DNA of 64,000 nucleotides from Lophium mytilinum (lineage: Eukaryota). The DNA is taken from positions 1,860,001-1,924,000 of the forward strand of contig MU004181.1 of assembly GCA_010093605.1 (NCBI GenBank), read 5' to 3'. A program made the position numbers and the translations under genes. Under the pieces are notes generated by a model. The model saw only the letters and a program-made list of their open reading frames with translations, was not told the DNA's origin and searched no databases. Of this stretch, positions 49,350-63,279 are shown piece after piece; position 1 is the first letter of the stretch, and each line of letters begins with the position of its first letter.

Positions 49350-51357
49350 TCACATATCTGTAGGGTAGCTACTTCGGGCCCTGATCTGAGGGCCCCATTT
49401 GAATAACACCCATGGAATGGGTAGCATGGCTACTGAGATGAATCCGAGAAGGCTGGTAGCCCATCCAATGCCCAAGTTATCGTACACTAAATTATATTTA
49501 GCTACAGTAAAGCCATTTGGAAGAACAAAAACTTACTCTGAATGGTGAACAGCGGGAAGACGGCGCCGAGGGTGTAGCGAAGAATTCCATTGGCCGCAAT
49601 TGCAGACGCTCCGTTCAAAGGGCCATACACATCGATCAGGTAAAGAGCAGTTGCGATCTATTTTACGGTTAGCTTATCTAGATCAGTTGTAGAGAAGGTT
49701 TCATAGCGCTTACGAAGAGATTCAAATTGCCCCATGCAAATGGAATTGCACCAACAACAGGAACAGCCCAGTGTACTCCGTTATCAGCGGTCCATGCAAA
49801 CCAGAATAGACCAATTGGAAGGCCCAAACTGCCCATCATGGCGACGTAGAGTCGATGCTCTGGTGCTGCGTGTTTGCGACCTTCCGCTATGGCCTGCTTA
49901 TACTTCTTTTGGTATACCGTCCTGTCAATTACAACTGCTGAGAAGCTACTGATGACAACTCCAAGGCCGATAGCGAGGAACGTTAGACCGGTTTGAGAGA
50001 CCGTGAAGTTGTATGGTGGAGCTTCGAAGACGACCGGGAAGGCGGCGAAGAAGGCGAAGAGCACGGAGAAGGCAAAGGCCGTATACATGGAGAGGAATAG
50101 GACTATGGGCTAGATGGTATGTCAGCAATGCTGTGTAGAGAATGTAGAGACATGTTTCAGGGATGTTTAGTCACATGGCCATTTCCTCATGAATTCTCTC
50201 ATATGGGAATGACCCGCAACCAATACAAGTAGTAAATTGAGTAGACTTACTTCTGAATACAACATATGAACAGGCCTAATCAAAGTGACTGTAAGTAGGA
50301 ACTTGATCGCTGCAACTCCAGTTGGTCCTTTGGGACCTTCCAGTCCGCGTTTTGCGGCGCGACGCCTGAGAAGAATCTTTTTGTAGGTTTCACTCATGAA
50401 CAGCCCAGGGATCCATGCCGCGAGAGAGATGAAGAGGATACACCACTGGGTCCATCTCCATCCCTTATACTGCGCCGCGAATCCACCAATGAATGGACTG
50501 TGGCAAACGGTCAGCAAGCTGTCAATATTATAGCTGAAGGATTGGTGGATGTAGTACATACCCAAGTGCAGGGCCTGCGAATGGTGCCATTAAGAAGAAA
50601 GAGGTTGCTATAGCCCTCTGGCGCGGCGGCCAGATGTCAGCATTAGTTCCGGCGCCAACTGCAAGGACAGGACTGCCGAAGAAACCTGCGAAGAACCGGC
50701 ACACCAACAGCGAAGCAAAAGAGTTTGAAAAGCCTGCGCCGAGAGTGAAGAGCATGGAAACCGGGAGAGTAGTTCTGTAGACGATATTTCGTCCGAGGCT
50801 CTCGCTGACTGGTGCTGCCAACACCGGACCAAACCCTAGGCCAACGACGTAGACTGTGAGACCGACTAGAGCTGCGGTTGAAGAAACGTTATATTTTTCC
50901 ATGATCTCCGATACTGCCGGGGTATACATGGCGGACCCAATGGTACTAAGAAAAGTTAGCAGCAGCTTCGCAGATGTTGACAGCTCAGGGCAGACAGAAG
51001 GACGGAGCTAGAGCGGGTTAATACTAACACTGCGAATCCATAAAGACCTGGAACTGCCGTATGGTAGGACTTCTTCAACATCGACCAGTTTTGGGGGTTC
51101 TCAGGATCTGAAGGTCCATCCCAGTCTTGGACGGTGACAACTTTGGTGGCTGGCGGAAGTTCATTTTCCGGCTTCTCTGTCGTTATAGGCTCGAAGTTTG
51201 ATATTGCTTCTTCTTCGTCCCTAGGATGGATGTCTGATTCCTCATATGCTCGATCCGTCCCCGCCTCCAGGTCTTTGTCGTCTTTCTCCAGGTCAAGCAT
51301 GCTGTGCGACGAATACTCTGATCGGTAACGCTCCTCTCCTATTTCTTTTGCCTCCAT
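49350..51357 (-). CDS. MFS multidrug/polyamine transporter (DHA1-like)
   Basis: DWDGPSDPENPQNWS, APVSESLGR, GWRWTQW, SETYKKILL, PEHRL, YLIDVY, GIGWATSLLGF, FKWGPQIRARS. Multiple introns. Confidence 0.95.
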
Positions 51358-52426
51358 GAGGCCTTGACTACGTGATAAGCGTTGAGTTCCAGAGACCTGC
51401 AGTAATTTTGTTTTATCCGAAAGAATCTCAGGGAGCAGGCTGGCACGGAGGAGCTTGATGCTGAAAGTGAGGAGTAATGGATGAATGGATGATTGTTCGA
51501 ATGACTGACTATCGTAGTTATATGTGGAGACGAAGCATGTTTATCTTGTCAGCCAGTTCGCCTGCAGGCTGAGCTGTGACGCATTCGTAGGCGATTCAAC
51601 GCCATCAACTCATCGATTATTCGAATGGCACCCGAGGCTTCGTTCCTCGAGCGAAAGGCGTGTGGATGTTTGTTAGTGGGCACATACTAGATCAGGATTG
51701 GTTGAAACTTGGTCCTCGGCTCTTTTGTGCGATAAAGTAATCATGAAGACGAGGAGCGCGACTAATCAGAAATGCCGGGAACCATGAATCTCGGAAACAA
51801 ATCCAAGAGAAGACTGAGAGACGGCCTGCATAAGCATGTTGGCGCACTGCCGTCATGATTCTCGGGCCTAATATGATGCAAATAATTCTTGCGTGCAGTT
51901 GAGGACTGCTCGTGTGAGATGAACACAGGCGGCTCCGGATTCTCATTCGAAGAACGACAAAGGGATTACTTAACAGGCAAGCCCGACTATTCTCCGAGCC
52001 CTGAATTTGACTGATTATAGAGCGGTGCGGGCGTAGAAACTGCGCGCGCGATTGTGAGGGTTTCTTGTCGTGGAAATACTGGAGATAATTGAAGGTAAAC
52101 TCGCCCCTGGACAGGGGTAATCAGCACGTGATAACCTGATCGATACGGGCGGGTTGGGGCAGCTGCTGCGCTAGGCTTATACGGGTAATGGGCCGTTTAA
52201 CATGAAGGGGGCACTCTCAGCTAAACCGCCATATTACGTACTCAATCTAAGCCAGAAATTCACACCTCCTCGGAACCACTACACTCCACACACACATCCA
52301 TTCCATCTCTAATACCCTGGACTTACTTGTGAAATGCATTGAGGATTTTCTAGAAGTCATGAGTTCTTTCATATTCTAATACGTGGTACTTACTACAGTA
52401 TTTCCCTAGGCCGTCTCGGATCGCGA

Positions 52427-52536
52427 GTGCGGGGTGTTCCCCAAGCACGATCTTTCACTTACCCCACGACGAGCTTTAAGGAGGGGTCCCATCTCGCTCT
52501 TTCATCCTGCTAGATTGGTCTCGTGCGTATGTGGGG
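52427..52536. promoter_or_regulatory. GYGGGG motif cluster, MFS/FAD-oxidase divergent promoter
   Basis: GTGCGGGG 52427, CCCCAC 52462, ATGTGGGG 52529. Confidence 0.55.
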
Positions 52537-52677
52537 TTTTACCTGTCCGATCGCTCGAGAAAAAGTCCATTGCGAATATGAGGAAGGCAATTTGCCGCGC
52601 AAGAAGATTGCCAATGCCAAGCTCACACAACGCTACATCGCCCCAATCGCAAGCAACTGTTTACTTTCAGTGTAATA

Positions 52678-54160
52678 ATGACCGTTTGGACTCGACCTTC
52701 GGCTCCTCAACCTGCCAATCACTGCGAGTATGAGCGCCTTCGTCGGTTATACATCAACGCGGATGTAAGAGAAGCATATCCAAGAGAGATCCATCTTGTA
52801 GACTCTACCTCTGAAGTCCAAAATGCTGTCAAAAGCGCAGTCAACTCCAACAGCAAGATTGGCGTCCGTTCAGGAGGACATACATTTTCAAATCCTTCGT
52901 TGATACATGATGGCATTCTTGTTGACACAACAAATTTGCACCGAAAAGTGGAGTACGATCCAGTCACACACCATATCTGCTATGGCCCTGCTGTGCGCGT
53001 AGTAGAAGCTTCGGAGATGTTACAAAAGCTAGGACGGTTCTTTCCTCACGGTCATGCTCCAACGGTAGCCTTAGGAGGTTTTACTCTTGCAGGAGGGCAA
53101 GGCATGTTCATGCCTACCTGGGGCCCAACAGTCGGCGATTGGATTGTCAAAATGGAAATTGTCACACCTGACGGCGATGTCAAGACAGCAAGCATGACGG
53201 AAAATGCAGACCTCTTCTGGGCGGCTCGCGGCTCTGGCCAGGCCTTCTTCGGTATTGTGACCAGGATCTGGGCGCGTACCATGCCTTCACGACGCCTCTT
53301 CATGAGAACGATGCTCTTCGAGGTCAAAGACAATATCGAGGATCTTCTGCAATGGGCTCTGAAAACTAGCTGCATCATACCAAGATGGGGTACCGAGACA
53401 GCCATGTTCACGAGCTATTCGCTTACGCGAACAACCGACACCATTCCGGCCCCTTCAAAGCAGCTTTTTGGGCTTGGCTCTACTGCATATGTGGATACTT
53501 TGGAGGAGGCGAAAACACTCTTGAGTGCTTGGGATCATATTCCAGCTTTCTTGCAAGGATCAATCATCGATGCGGGATCGGTCGCCGAAATGTCTTGGGC
53601 GGCATACTTCGAGCTTCAGGAGGCCGTGACACCGTCAACGCCTGGGAACAATTGGCAAATCAACAGCTTCCTTAACGATCCAGAAATGCCTCTGGAGCAA
53701 CTCGTCAAAGCCATCAAGCCCGCGATGACCGAATTTCCCACGCCCACATCGCTCGCCTGCATATACTGTTGCCACAGCTATCCCGACGACAACGACCACC
53801 TCTGTGCCTTGCCACAGCAATACTACATATCCACCTTCACGCACTGGAAGGGCAATTCCTTGCAACCCAAAGTATACGAGCCAATGGCGGACATATACGC
53901 CACCTTGTACCCACTGGGCGTTGGGATGTATGTTGCGGACTACAATCCGTTCGATGAGAGGCAAGCGAATGTAAGTTCCAATGTTCTAAAAGAGTCGCAG
54001 CTATATACTCACTAGATGTTTTCAAATATAGGTCAAAGTGTGGACTGATAAAGGCTTGCAGCGATTTATGGAAATTCGTGCAAAGTACGATCCACAGGGA
54101 CTGTTCCCTGGTTTCAATCCATTTGAGCGCAGGGCTAAGCAGATCGGAATGAAGTTGTAA
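52678..54160 (+). CDS. FAD-linked oxidoreductase (VAO/BBE superfamily)
   Basis: GVRSGGHT (covalent-FAD His motif), FFPHGHAPTVALGGFTLAGGQG, DLFWAARGSG..FFGIVT. Intron about 53971-54031, last exon IRAKYDPQGLF. No signal peptide. Confidence 0.93.
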
Positions 54161-54548
54161 AGGTTACTTGACTAGACAGAACCTGATATATTGGAGTTAT
54201 ACAGCGTCTTGCGATGAGCCTGAGCTATGAGCACACAGTACGCTATCTTACAGTTTCGTGAGTCTGATTGCACAACCATCAACTCAAGCAATGACTAAGT
54301 ATGCGACAAGCCTCATCAAACGTGATGCACATCTGCCCAGTCATCAGGTTTCTACCTGTTCATCCTCGCTTCAACTTTGAAAATACTCCATCTCTGAAAG
54401 TCTTCGAATATATCGGCCTTTCCAAGCCGTGTGTGCAGCTTATGCATGATCACGTTGAAAGCGTTCTACTGCTTCACCCCACGAGGTAAAGGGTAAGGAT
54501 GCCTGCTATTGCTTCTCCCACAGAGCAGTCGAAGGCGAAGGTAAACCG

Positions 54549-54628
54549 GCGGGGTGGGGAAAGCAAGAGTACGAGTTGGGCCTAGTCGAAGCATGCTCCA
54601 CATGCGGGGTGAGCCACAATACCCCACA
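54549..54628. promoter_or_regulatory. GYGGGG motif cluster, P450 promoter
   Basis: GCGGGGTGGGG 54549, ATGCGGGG 54602, CCCCACA 54622. Confidence 0.55.
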
Positions 54629-54757
54629 CTCGCTTTCTCCCCGAGTCTGGGGATTGCTGGAGTAGCGGTTGGAGTCAGCTGATCAACGCTACAGAATCTT
54701 TTTAGCTTTTGGACACGAAGCTCTTCCCAAGCCCGAAAGAAATTTAGCACCTTCACG

Positions 54758-56494
54758 ATGTATACGACCACTCTTCTGTTTGGCGCGGCGCTTCTTACGC
54801 TGTTATATGCCTTTGCTACGCGGCGTCGTGTGCCAAGAGGCTACGAAACTGTTCCAGGGCCACAAGGCTCACTTCTCTTTGGCCACACATCTCTGCTGGG
54901 TGCCGAACCTCAGGCCCAACTCAAAGCATGGGCGAAAGACTTTGGTCCTCTTTTCAAGCTTCGCCTAGGCTGGGAGGACTGGATCTTTGTCAACGAGCCC
55001 GGCGCCATCAGGGAAATTTTCGACAAACAGTCAAGAGTGACATCTGGCCGCGCTCCTATGCCTGTTCTTTCTGATATCTTATCTGGCGGCAAGCGATTCT
55101 TGTTGCAGACGTACACTCCGGAGTGGCGGAAGCTGAGAACTATCGTGCACAAGCTGCTCACGCCAAAATCATCGTCTACCTTCAAACCCAGCCAAGAATT
55201 TGAGACCAAGCAGCTTCTGCACGACATATACACCAGCTCTAAGGCAGGCGATCAAGAGCGTTTCTATATGCATGTTAGGAGGTATACGACTTCAGTAATC
55301 ATGACATCCATCTACGGGCGGCGAATCCCCGAATGGGTGAGTTAGAACTCTTGGATCTCAATTGCGCGCGGCGAGCTGACCCAATTCAAGGAATGTGAAG
55401 ATGTGGAAGAGATTTACGGCCTCATGAAGGATTTCTCGGACGCGGCAAGGCCAGGCGCATACATTGCGGACGTTGTACCACCTTTAGCAAGGCTACCGAC
55501 CTGGATGCAGTGGTGGAGAAAGTCTGCTTTGAAGGCGTACGAAAGGCAGGCTTCAATATGGCTGAAGTACTGGAACCAGCTCCGCGCTCAGATCAAGATA
55601 AAGACCGCCCCGGAATGCTTCGCAAAGCAATTCGTCGAAGATGTCGACCAAAGGGACGACATTGACGAAGTGACGGCGGCGTTTGTGGCAGGCAGTAAGT
55701 GCGCCAAGCTCGAAATAGCATATAAGCTTCTAACCTAATATTCAATTCTAGCGATGATCGAAGCTGGATCGGAAACTACAAGTTCATCAGTGAACAGCGG
55801 TTTCAAATATCTCGCGGCCTACCCAGAAGTTCAACAAAAGGCACACGAGGAGATCTCGCGCGTCATTGGCGACGGCCGGTCTCCAACCTTTGACGACGAG
55901 GACAATCTGCCATACATTCGGGCGATGGTGAAGGAGATCTTACGATTGAGGCCGGTTACAAACCTGGGCTCCCCACATTATACCACCGAGGATATGACTT
56001 ACCAGAAGTACTTCATACCCAAGCACACCGTCGTTGCAATCTGTCAATACGCCGCCCATAACGACGCTAGATACCCTGAGCCTGAAACTTTCCGACCCGA
56101 GCGGTATCTTGACCACCCACTCAAGGCAGGGGCATATGCCGCGCACCCGGATCCCTACGTGCGAGATCACTTTACCTTCGGGGCTGGAAGACGTATCTGC
56201 CCAGGCATGCATCTGGCAGAGAATAGCATGTTCATCGTCCTCGCAAAGATTCTGTGGGCCTTTGAGATTAGACCTGTGGTGGGACCGGACGGCAAGGAAG
56301 AGAATGTGGACGTGTCGGACCAAGCGTACGAGCCCGGTATCAATACGCTGCCGAAGCCTTATCGCATGCGCTTTTTGTCGCGAAGTCCAGCGCGGGAGGC
56401 GAAGATGCTTCAAGAATGGAAAGAGGCTGAGTCCACGGGTTACTACCTTGGAAATGTTAGGGTGGACGCGGCGGGCATGGTTCTGTCTGCATAG
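54758..56494 (+). CDS. Cytochrome P450 monooxygenase
   Basis: N-terminal membrane anchor plus PGP hinge, I-helix AGSETT, EILR, FRPERY, heme motif FGAGRRICPG. Two introns, about 55338-55390 and 55695-55751. Confidence 0.97.
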
Positions 56495-57101
56495 AGAAGG
56501 TTAACGAGGACGGGTGAGGCTGGAAGAAGTTGGCTTGTGTTGAATGAAGAGCGTAAATCGTTGCGGCCCTTTTACTGAGATAGTACATAGAGTCCCCGAA
56601 CTTTCCGTTTGGTTGTATATAGAGACTTTTAAACGAGTCATTCTGGCGGCTCGAGTCAGTCATCGTCATCAGCCTGTCAACGCAAAAGACAAATGTACTC
56701 TCATATTGGTGGAACTCTGCTTAGATATTTTATGATTCACTCGGGGACGATCGACAAACTACTGGCACTACAAAGCATGCTACATTCCGCACTCTAACAA
56801 CGGCCTATGAGCAGAGCATCCGAACGTCAAAACCTTTGAGTTGAAGAGTGAGCCTTGTTACTCTTCCTTGCTAAAAGTCTCACCTCGCATTGCATTCAAA
56901 ACTTCGCATTGGTATCCATACATCTTTAACGAACTTTGCAGAAAGTGATGCATTTGACGAAATGGTCTCCTAGCAGCGGAGCAAATGAGCATCGGAGTTC
57001 GCTGACAATTCGTCTTAGACCGAACGAAGCGATTGAATGTTAATTAACTAAATACAGCTGTAACTAAAACACCCACCGTTCGGCATCGCTCACGAGACTT
57101 T

Positions 57102-58616
57102 CTATACCGCTGACGATACAGGGGTAAAGTGCTGCGAGAAATCATATTTGAGAATGCTCACGCCCTAAATCTGCGTTAGCTGATCCGTTGACCAATGCAG
57201 ACTTGGCGTCCAAGATAGCTGAAGGTTTTGTTAAACGTTACTTACCTCATTGAGCTGTCTCGCCAGCTCGTTGTCTGACTCGGCTTTTAGACAGAGCTTG
57301 AAGAACTCATCGTCCTCCTTAGCTTTCTCTGGATCATTCTCAAACAGTCGCCGGAAGTTGCTGCTGGATATCGGGTCCACGACCGTCTTGAATTTCTCCA
57401 TCCGCTTGTCGGAATAGATGTCTAGGACTTCGTCGCCTGCTTTGCCATGATGGATAGCAAGCAAGCAGTCACATAAGCCACCAACATCGACGATACCACT
57501 CGTCAAACCCATCCCACCGCTGGTATTCGACAAGAGTCAGACTGGTATTACTAAGCGAATCGTATACTGAATCAAGACAGACACTTACAAAGGATTGCAC
57601 AAGTGCGCGGCATCTGCAGCGAGGAGAAATCTTCCAACACGCATCTTCTGAGCTAAGCGTTGGTGGACTTTGTACGGGCTGATATTAGCCAGCTTGTATG
57701 AATTTGGGTCTGGATGACCGGGAAGGATCTCCTTGAATCTCATGGGCTGTCTTGCTATAAGCTCTTCCCGCGTAAGACCAGTGATGTCCCCGTAGGTCAC
57801 CCGCCAGAGGCCGTCGTTGGATATCCTCGCGGCCATGAACCAATTGTCCGGATGAACGATGAAATTGGAGTCGTTCCACCCGTATTTCTTGAAGTCATAG
57901 TAGGTCTAGTGAGTTTTCTTGTCAGTGAAGCAAATCACAGCCGGAATGGTGACATTAATACTCACGTTCGTGGCAACAACCTGTTTGTCCCATGTGAAGC
58001 CTGGGAACTGCGCGTCGCCGAAAAGACATCGCCTGATTTTGCTGTTGGCGCCATCACAGCCGATAATATAATGCGCTGTTAGCCGCTTCTCTCCATCCTT
58101 CGTTTCCACATCCACCCAGGCTTCTTCCTCATCTTGCCCTATGTTCACAACATTGTGGTCGAACAGGATCTCAACATTATCCTGCTGATCAAGATAGCGC
58201 TTCAATATCATGGACAACTTGTCCAAGGGAAGGCAGACCATCCTGTCCGGTGCGTCTCCGAGGATGTCGGCATTCAACGATGCTATCTCTTCACCGTTGA
58301 TCTTCCTCCAGCTTACGCCATGAGGCTGAAACCCTTCGGCTTTGATATCCGCGATGACGCCGGCACGTACCAGCTCTGTTACCGCTGGTGCTGCATAATG
58401 TGTTGCGCGGGGATTTGTGTCTAGGCCTTGGCCCATGTCTACCAGAGTGACAGGTACGCCATTTTGGGACAAGATTAGGCCTGCTAGGAGACCTGCTGGT
58501 CCTGCCCCAACAATGATGATCTGTTTGGTGTTTGGTCAGTAGGAAATTTCGCAGGTTCAGTTTCTGAATCTGGCACTTACGTTCTTGATGGCGCTGACGT
58601 TGTGAAGTGAACCCAT
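57102..58616 (-). CDS. Group A FAD-dependent aromatic monooxygenase (MhpA-like)
   Basis: IIIVGAGPAG, IIGCDGANS, RFLLAADAAHLCNP, GGMGLTSGIVD. Four introns, TAG at 57102-57104. Confidence 0.94.
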
Positions 58617-58795
58617 GACGAGAAGTTTGAGAAGCAGGACAAGGACCTGTTGAAGCGCGTTTAAAGTATCTTGAATCTGTGCGCAAGGATTACACTACTA
58701 TTTTATCTTATGGCTAGCGTTAAGACTCATGCCATGTCCGCTGAAATGTGTGTGTGGGTTAGCTAAAACAGCATGCCACCATTTGGAAGCTGTTT

Positions 58796-58909
58796 GCGGG
58801 GACGATCACACGATGTGGGGGATTCACGGCACAGTTCCTACTTATCGCATGCTTTTGGTTTATACGGCCAATGAATTGCGATAATGGTATACATGAGGCT
58901 TTTGCGGGG
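58796..58909. promoter_or_regulatory. GYGGGG motif cluster, FAD monooxygenase promoter
   Basis: GCGGGG 58796, ATGTGGGG 58813, GCGGGG 58904. Confidence 0.55.
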
Positions 58910-59200
58910 CCAAAGAACTGGAATGAAGGGATGCTTTGGTGGAAAGATCTCAGGGCCTGGAAAACTTTCCATTTTCTGGAATGAACCAGTTCGTGATAAG
59001 AGCTATTATATGTACACGAGAAGCAACTAAAGTAGGCCGTAAAAGCTTCTGGGGCACATTCGAGAGCTTGCGAATGATTTGAGTTGATTTGTTTTGCTCT
59101 GCGGCTACATTCAAACCCAGGTGCGAGTCGATGCCGGGATGTGTGATTCGGGGAGCATTCTTGCCACCTCATACATAGAAAGAACTACAGCAAACATATT

Positions 59201-60201
59201 CTACGATATAGTTACATATGAAGGGTAGGGTGTATCGTCTGACAAGTCGCCGTATGCGCTCCAGTGCCTGCCAACACGTGTCTGCTCCTCAGCCTCATCT
59301 GCAATAGCAATAGCCAAATCCGCAGCAGTGATACCGTGCAGCCGGCCCTCCAGGTCTGACGCATTATCTTTGACCGCAGATTTGAGGGGTATCTCATCAA
59401 GAATGACCTCATACCTGCCGCTTCGTCGCCCGGGGCGGTAGAGAGCCGAAGGGGAGATGTATGTCCATCGGAAAGACGTGTTCCCATCGAAGAACATGAA
59501 GGATGTCCTGCAGGCTGTAACGAATACCAGTGCAGAGTCGTTGCTCGCTGCTTTTTCTTCGTATGCAGCGATGGTAGCGCGAGACTCCTTTGTTGCTTTG
59601 CCCTCCTTTTGCAGCTTGCGTGCGTTCCTGTAATCACGCAGTGAAGATCCCAATGAGCCTAAGCGGGCCTCCATGTATGAGACATGCGCTTCGCTGTCAG
59701 CTATGCCGCGCCTATATGCGAGCCAGAACGCCTTGGTCTCGCACACGCTCTGGAATGGCTTATCGGGCATGTGGAGGCTTCCGCAACCCCCAATCATAAT
59801 GAAGTAGTTCACCTTGGAAAATTTGGCTGCGAGCACGATCTTTCGAGTGAGCTCGAGGAAGGTCTCTAAAAGGACAAACCTATTAGTTCCCAAAACACAC
59901 ACTGCACGAGATACCCAGATGAAGACTCACGGTATTGTAACGCCCCCTCTCCTGCAGTATGAGGCCCATACTCGTTCACAAGGACGTCGAGGTTTTTGAA
60001 CGCCTCAGCAAGCTCGTGAATGCTGGCGTTGGCAATATCAATGCTTCGAGGCTCATAGCTAGGGTGCTTGCCTAGCTTCGATGGTGAACGCGAGATGCCT
60101 ACAATCTTGTGTCCTCTGTTGAGTAGCTCGACGCAAAGATAACTGCCGCCAAAGCCGGCAGGGCCAATAACACCAATGTTCAAGCTCTTTCTCGAAGCCA
60201 T
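59201..60201 (-). CDS. NAD(P)-binding Rossmann protein (atypical SDR/flavin reductase-like)
   Basis: IGVIGPAGFGGS..ELLNRGH, MIGGCGSL, WTYISPSALYRPG.R.G.Y, ITAADLAIAIADE. One intron about 59882-59930. Confidence 0.88.
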
Positions 60202-60273
60202 ATTCGCTTAACCTTGTCGGCACAGTACTTGCTTTCAACGTCTGCTGAGTCGTACGTTTGGATTGAGTAAGGG

Positions 60274-60509
60274 GCGGGGAGACATGCAAGGATCTGCAGC
60301 GAAAGATAATCAGCCGAGCACGTGCGCGTGATACGCGAAAATCTCAAGCTTCAAAGCCGTTAGAATTATTCTGCCGAGCACTGGGTGAAGTGATGGATGC
60401 ATGCTTCGAACGTGGGGCCCCAGAGCCAAGCCCCACATGTTTCTTTGCAGACGACCCCACCTACTTGGGGTAATCTTGGGGTAATCTCTGAGATACTCCA
60501 CATGCGGGG
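60274..60509. promoter_or_regulatory. GYGGGG motif cluster, NAD(P)-binding gene promoter
   Basis: GCGGGG 60274, GTGGGG 60412, CCCCACAT 60431, CCCCAC 60455, ATGCGGGG 60502. Confidence 0.55.
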
Positions 60510-60701
60510 AATGAAGTGCAACTTGTGGGATAGGATGGCAAGATGGGCGCTGAGCAGTGGCTGATCTGAGGTAGCTGACCATGTAGGTAAGATACTTTGA
60601 GTCTCTGACAGTTCCGCTAAACTGCACGTGATGTGTTCGATACTTCTCGATCACTGTGAGTGCAAGGTGCGCCTGAATCGACAGTGACCTATGATACTTC
60701 G

Positions 60702-61844
60702 TCAAGGCGCCTCCCCAGCACGTACAGCTTGCAAGAAATGTTCTCGGTTCTCAGTCGGAAGGATGGACATGAGCACTTCATCACTGCCCTGTCGCAACCA
60801 CTCAACATCGTGTGCCATAGCAACATGCATTCCGTGCCCTTTTTCAGCTTCTTGGAGTCGCCGTAAAGTGTCCTTGGCTGCGTTCACATCGTCGTGTAGG
60901 CATGCTTTGCCACCTGGGACATCGAAATAAGCAAAGTCTGCATGTCCGTCCAGTAGCTCCCTAAGACAGCTTTTGTAAGCTCAGTTCATGGGCAGAGGGC
61001 TGTGTGGTAAGTACCTTGAATGGCAGCAGTCGCTCGCCAGGACAATCCAAGAGGGCGCATCCCCATTCGAATTTAAGCGTGCTGCAGCTGCAAGATTCCC
61101 AGGCATATGACCAGGCGCGTCTATGACCATGAAAGAACCGTCTCCAAAAAAGTCCAATGCTCTCTCAAATGGTCCGAATTGTTTCCATTCACCTGTGATC
61201 TCTGCCCAGTTCTCTGAAGCGTAGCCATCGCTATCGAAGAACCTTCCATCCCAAAGGCTCTTCGTCGTTGCGACTCCGTTGTCTAGATGTCCAGGTGAAC
61301 AGTGGGTCTTGGTACCTCCTCCGAAAAGCCCCTTGGCTTTAGGAAATTCGCTTTGAATTGGCCGGCAATGATCCCAATGTGCATGGCTATACTACTAGTC
61401 AGAGAACAGCATAACTTGGATGAATGATGTGCTGGGTACCTGAATATCACAGTGTCTATCTGTTCACAACTGACGTCTAGTGCTTCGAGCTGCTCATGCA
61501 GTGTATTTCCAGGGCCCACAGGATTCGCGCTCCCCCATTGTACATCTAGTACCAGAGGTGTATAAGCCGATCGATCCTACTCCGTCGGCCGTTAGTCTGG
61601 GAGAAGAGCTTCAAGCTGCTGTGCGGCCACTGACTGAGCTAATGCCAACATCCCAAAGAATGTGACGGCCAGAGCTTGGATGAAAAACATGAAAACACCA
61701 GTCGTACAGACGGAACGAGTCTGGTTTGGCGTTCGCGTGCAGTTTAGACATATCCGCTGTTGAGAAACTACCACCATCTAAGAGGGTAACGCGCACCGTT
61801 GCCGATTCGTCAGTGAGACCAGATTCATGATTCGAAGATGGCAT
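60702..61844 (-). CDS. Metallo-beta-lactamase-fold hydrolase (lactonase-like)
   Basis: ILWDVG, SHAHWDH (HxHxDH), DFFGDGSFMVIDAPGHMPGN, LASDCCH, AMAHD. Three introns. Confidence 0.92.
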
Positions 61845-61942
61845 TGTGTGATAGTGGCAATACAGTTGAGATCTGATACGCAAGATTTCTGCAATAAGTT
61901 CGAACGCGCGAACATTTACAGGCGACGTTGATAAATGTGAAA

Positions 61943-61950
61943 ATGTGGGG
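61943..61950. promoter_or_regulatory. ATGTGGGG in the hydrolase/dehydrogenase divergent promoter
   Basis: Same octamer as in the four other cluster promoter regions. Confidence 0.5.
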
Positions 61951-62148
61951 GTGTCCCCCGAGGACGCTAATCATTACGGGGTCAGACGCACCAACTGCCC
62001 CCTTGGGACTGGGGTTCGCGGGCTTGAGCTCTGACTGTGGTTCAAAATAAATGGCCTTGTGCCCCTGGCGCTGCTTCGGTGATGTTCCAGCACACCTTTC
62101 AATCATTGGGTCCCTTTACGTGACCTACATAATTCTCAAGAATCGTAG

Positions 62149-63279
62149 ATGGAGCAGAATATCGGCTTTATAGGTGACAGCCGCTGAAATTTGCTCGCTA
62201 TAGATGGATCAAACTAATAGTATCAAAGGACTCGGAGCCATGGGCTATCCAATGGCTAAGAACATAAGAACCAAGATGAACCAACAATCAACTCTATGGG
62301 TCTATGATGTACAGAAAGAGGCCTGCGAGAGATTTAAGCAAGAATTCATGGGTTATGGACCGATATCTATCGCGAACTCAGCAAAAGAAGTCGCCCAGAA
62401 CGCTTTGACCATCGCCACGATTGTACCTGCGGGCCACCATGTCCGTCAAGTCTTTTTAGATGAATCAGATGGCGTAATAGCCGCGAAAAGATTGCCACAT
62501 GACAAGGAGCGACTATATCTGGAGTGCAGCACCATTGACGTAGCGACGGCTCGAGATGTTGCGCAGAAGCTCGAGACCATGGGTATGGGGCGTTATGTTG
62601 ACTGTCCGGTATCTGTACGTCTATGTCCCTCCGATGCTTGAACGTTATTTGATGATCTTCCTCTCGCAGGGCGGCGTGCCGGCAGCAGATTCTGGGACAC
62701 TGTCGATGCTGGTAGGAGCCACGAAACCCGCTCCTGCAGAAGCTGAACAAGGTGTGGGTAAGCGATTGCAAGCTTTACTGCTATGGATGGGCGATGCGAA
62801 GAAGCACTTCTACTGCGGTGGTGTAGGCTCAGGCTTGGCTGCAAAGATATGCAACAACTATCTGTCGTGTACGATCCTACTGGCTAACGCCGAAGCCATG
62901 GCGACTGGCGTCAAGCTTGGTTTGGACCCGAAACTCTTGTATGAGGTCATTGCAAACTCCACGGGACAGAATTTCATGTGCGATCACGTCTGTCCCGTTC
63001 CCGGCGTCGTCCCTCATGCCCCGAGCAGCAACGGGTATAGACTGGGATTCAAGGCGCAGATGTTGTCCAAAGACGTCGGGCTAGGGGTTGAGGCTGCGAA
63101 GAGTGTTAATATTAAACCCTCTATTGGCGAAGCTGCTGTAGCCGTGTTTGATCAGGTTGGTAAGGATGAGCGATGTATCGTAAGTTTTGCTTGCTCAGGA
63201 TAGCATTGAAGCCCCTTCTGATGCTGTCTAGGACCGCGATGCATCTGTCGTGTATCGATTTCTTGGGGGGCCAGAATAG
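62149..63279 (+). CDS. 3-hydroxyisobutyrate dehydrogenase-like beta-hydroxyacid dehydrogenase
   Basis: NIGFIG|LGAMGYPMA, LECSTID, DCPVS|GG, GSGLAAKICNNY with the catalytic Lys, GFKAQMLSKD. Three introns. Confidence 0.94.
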
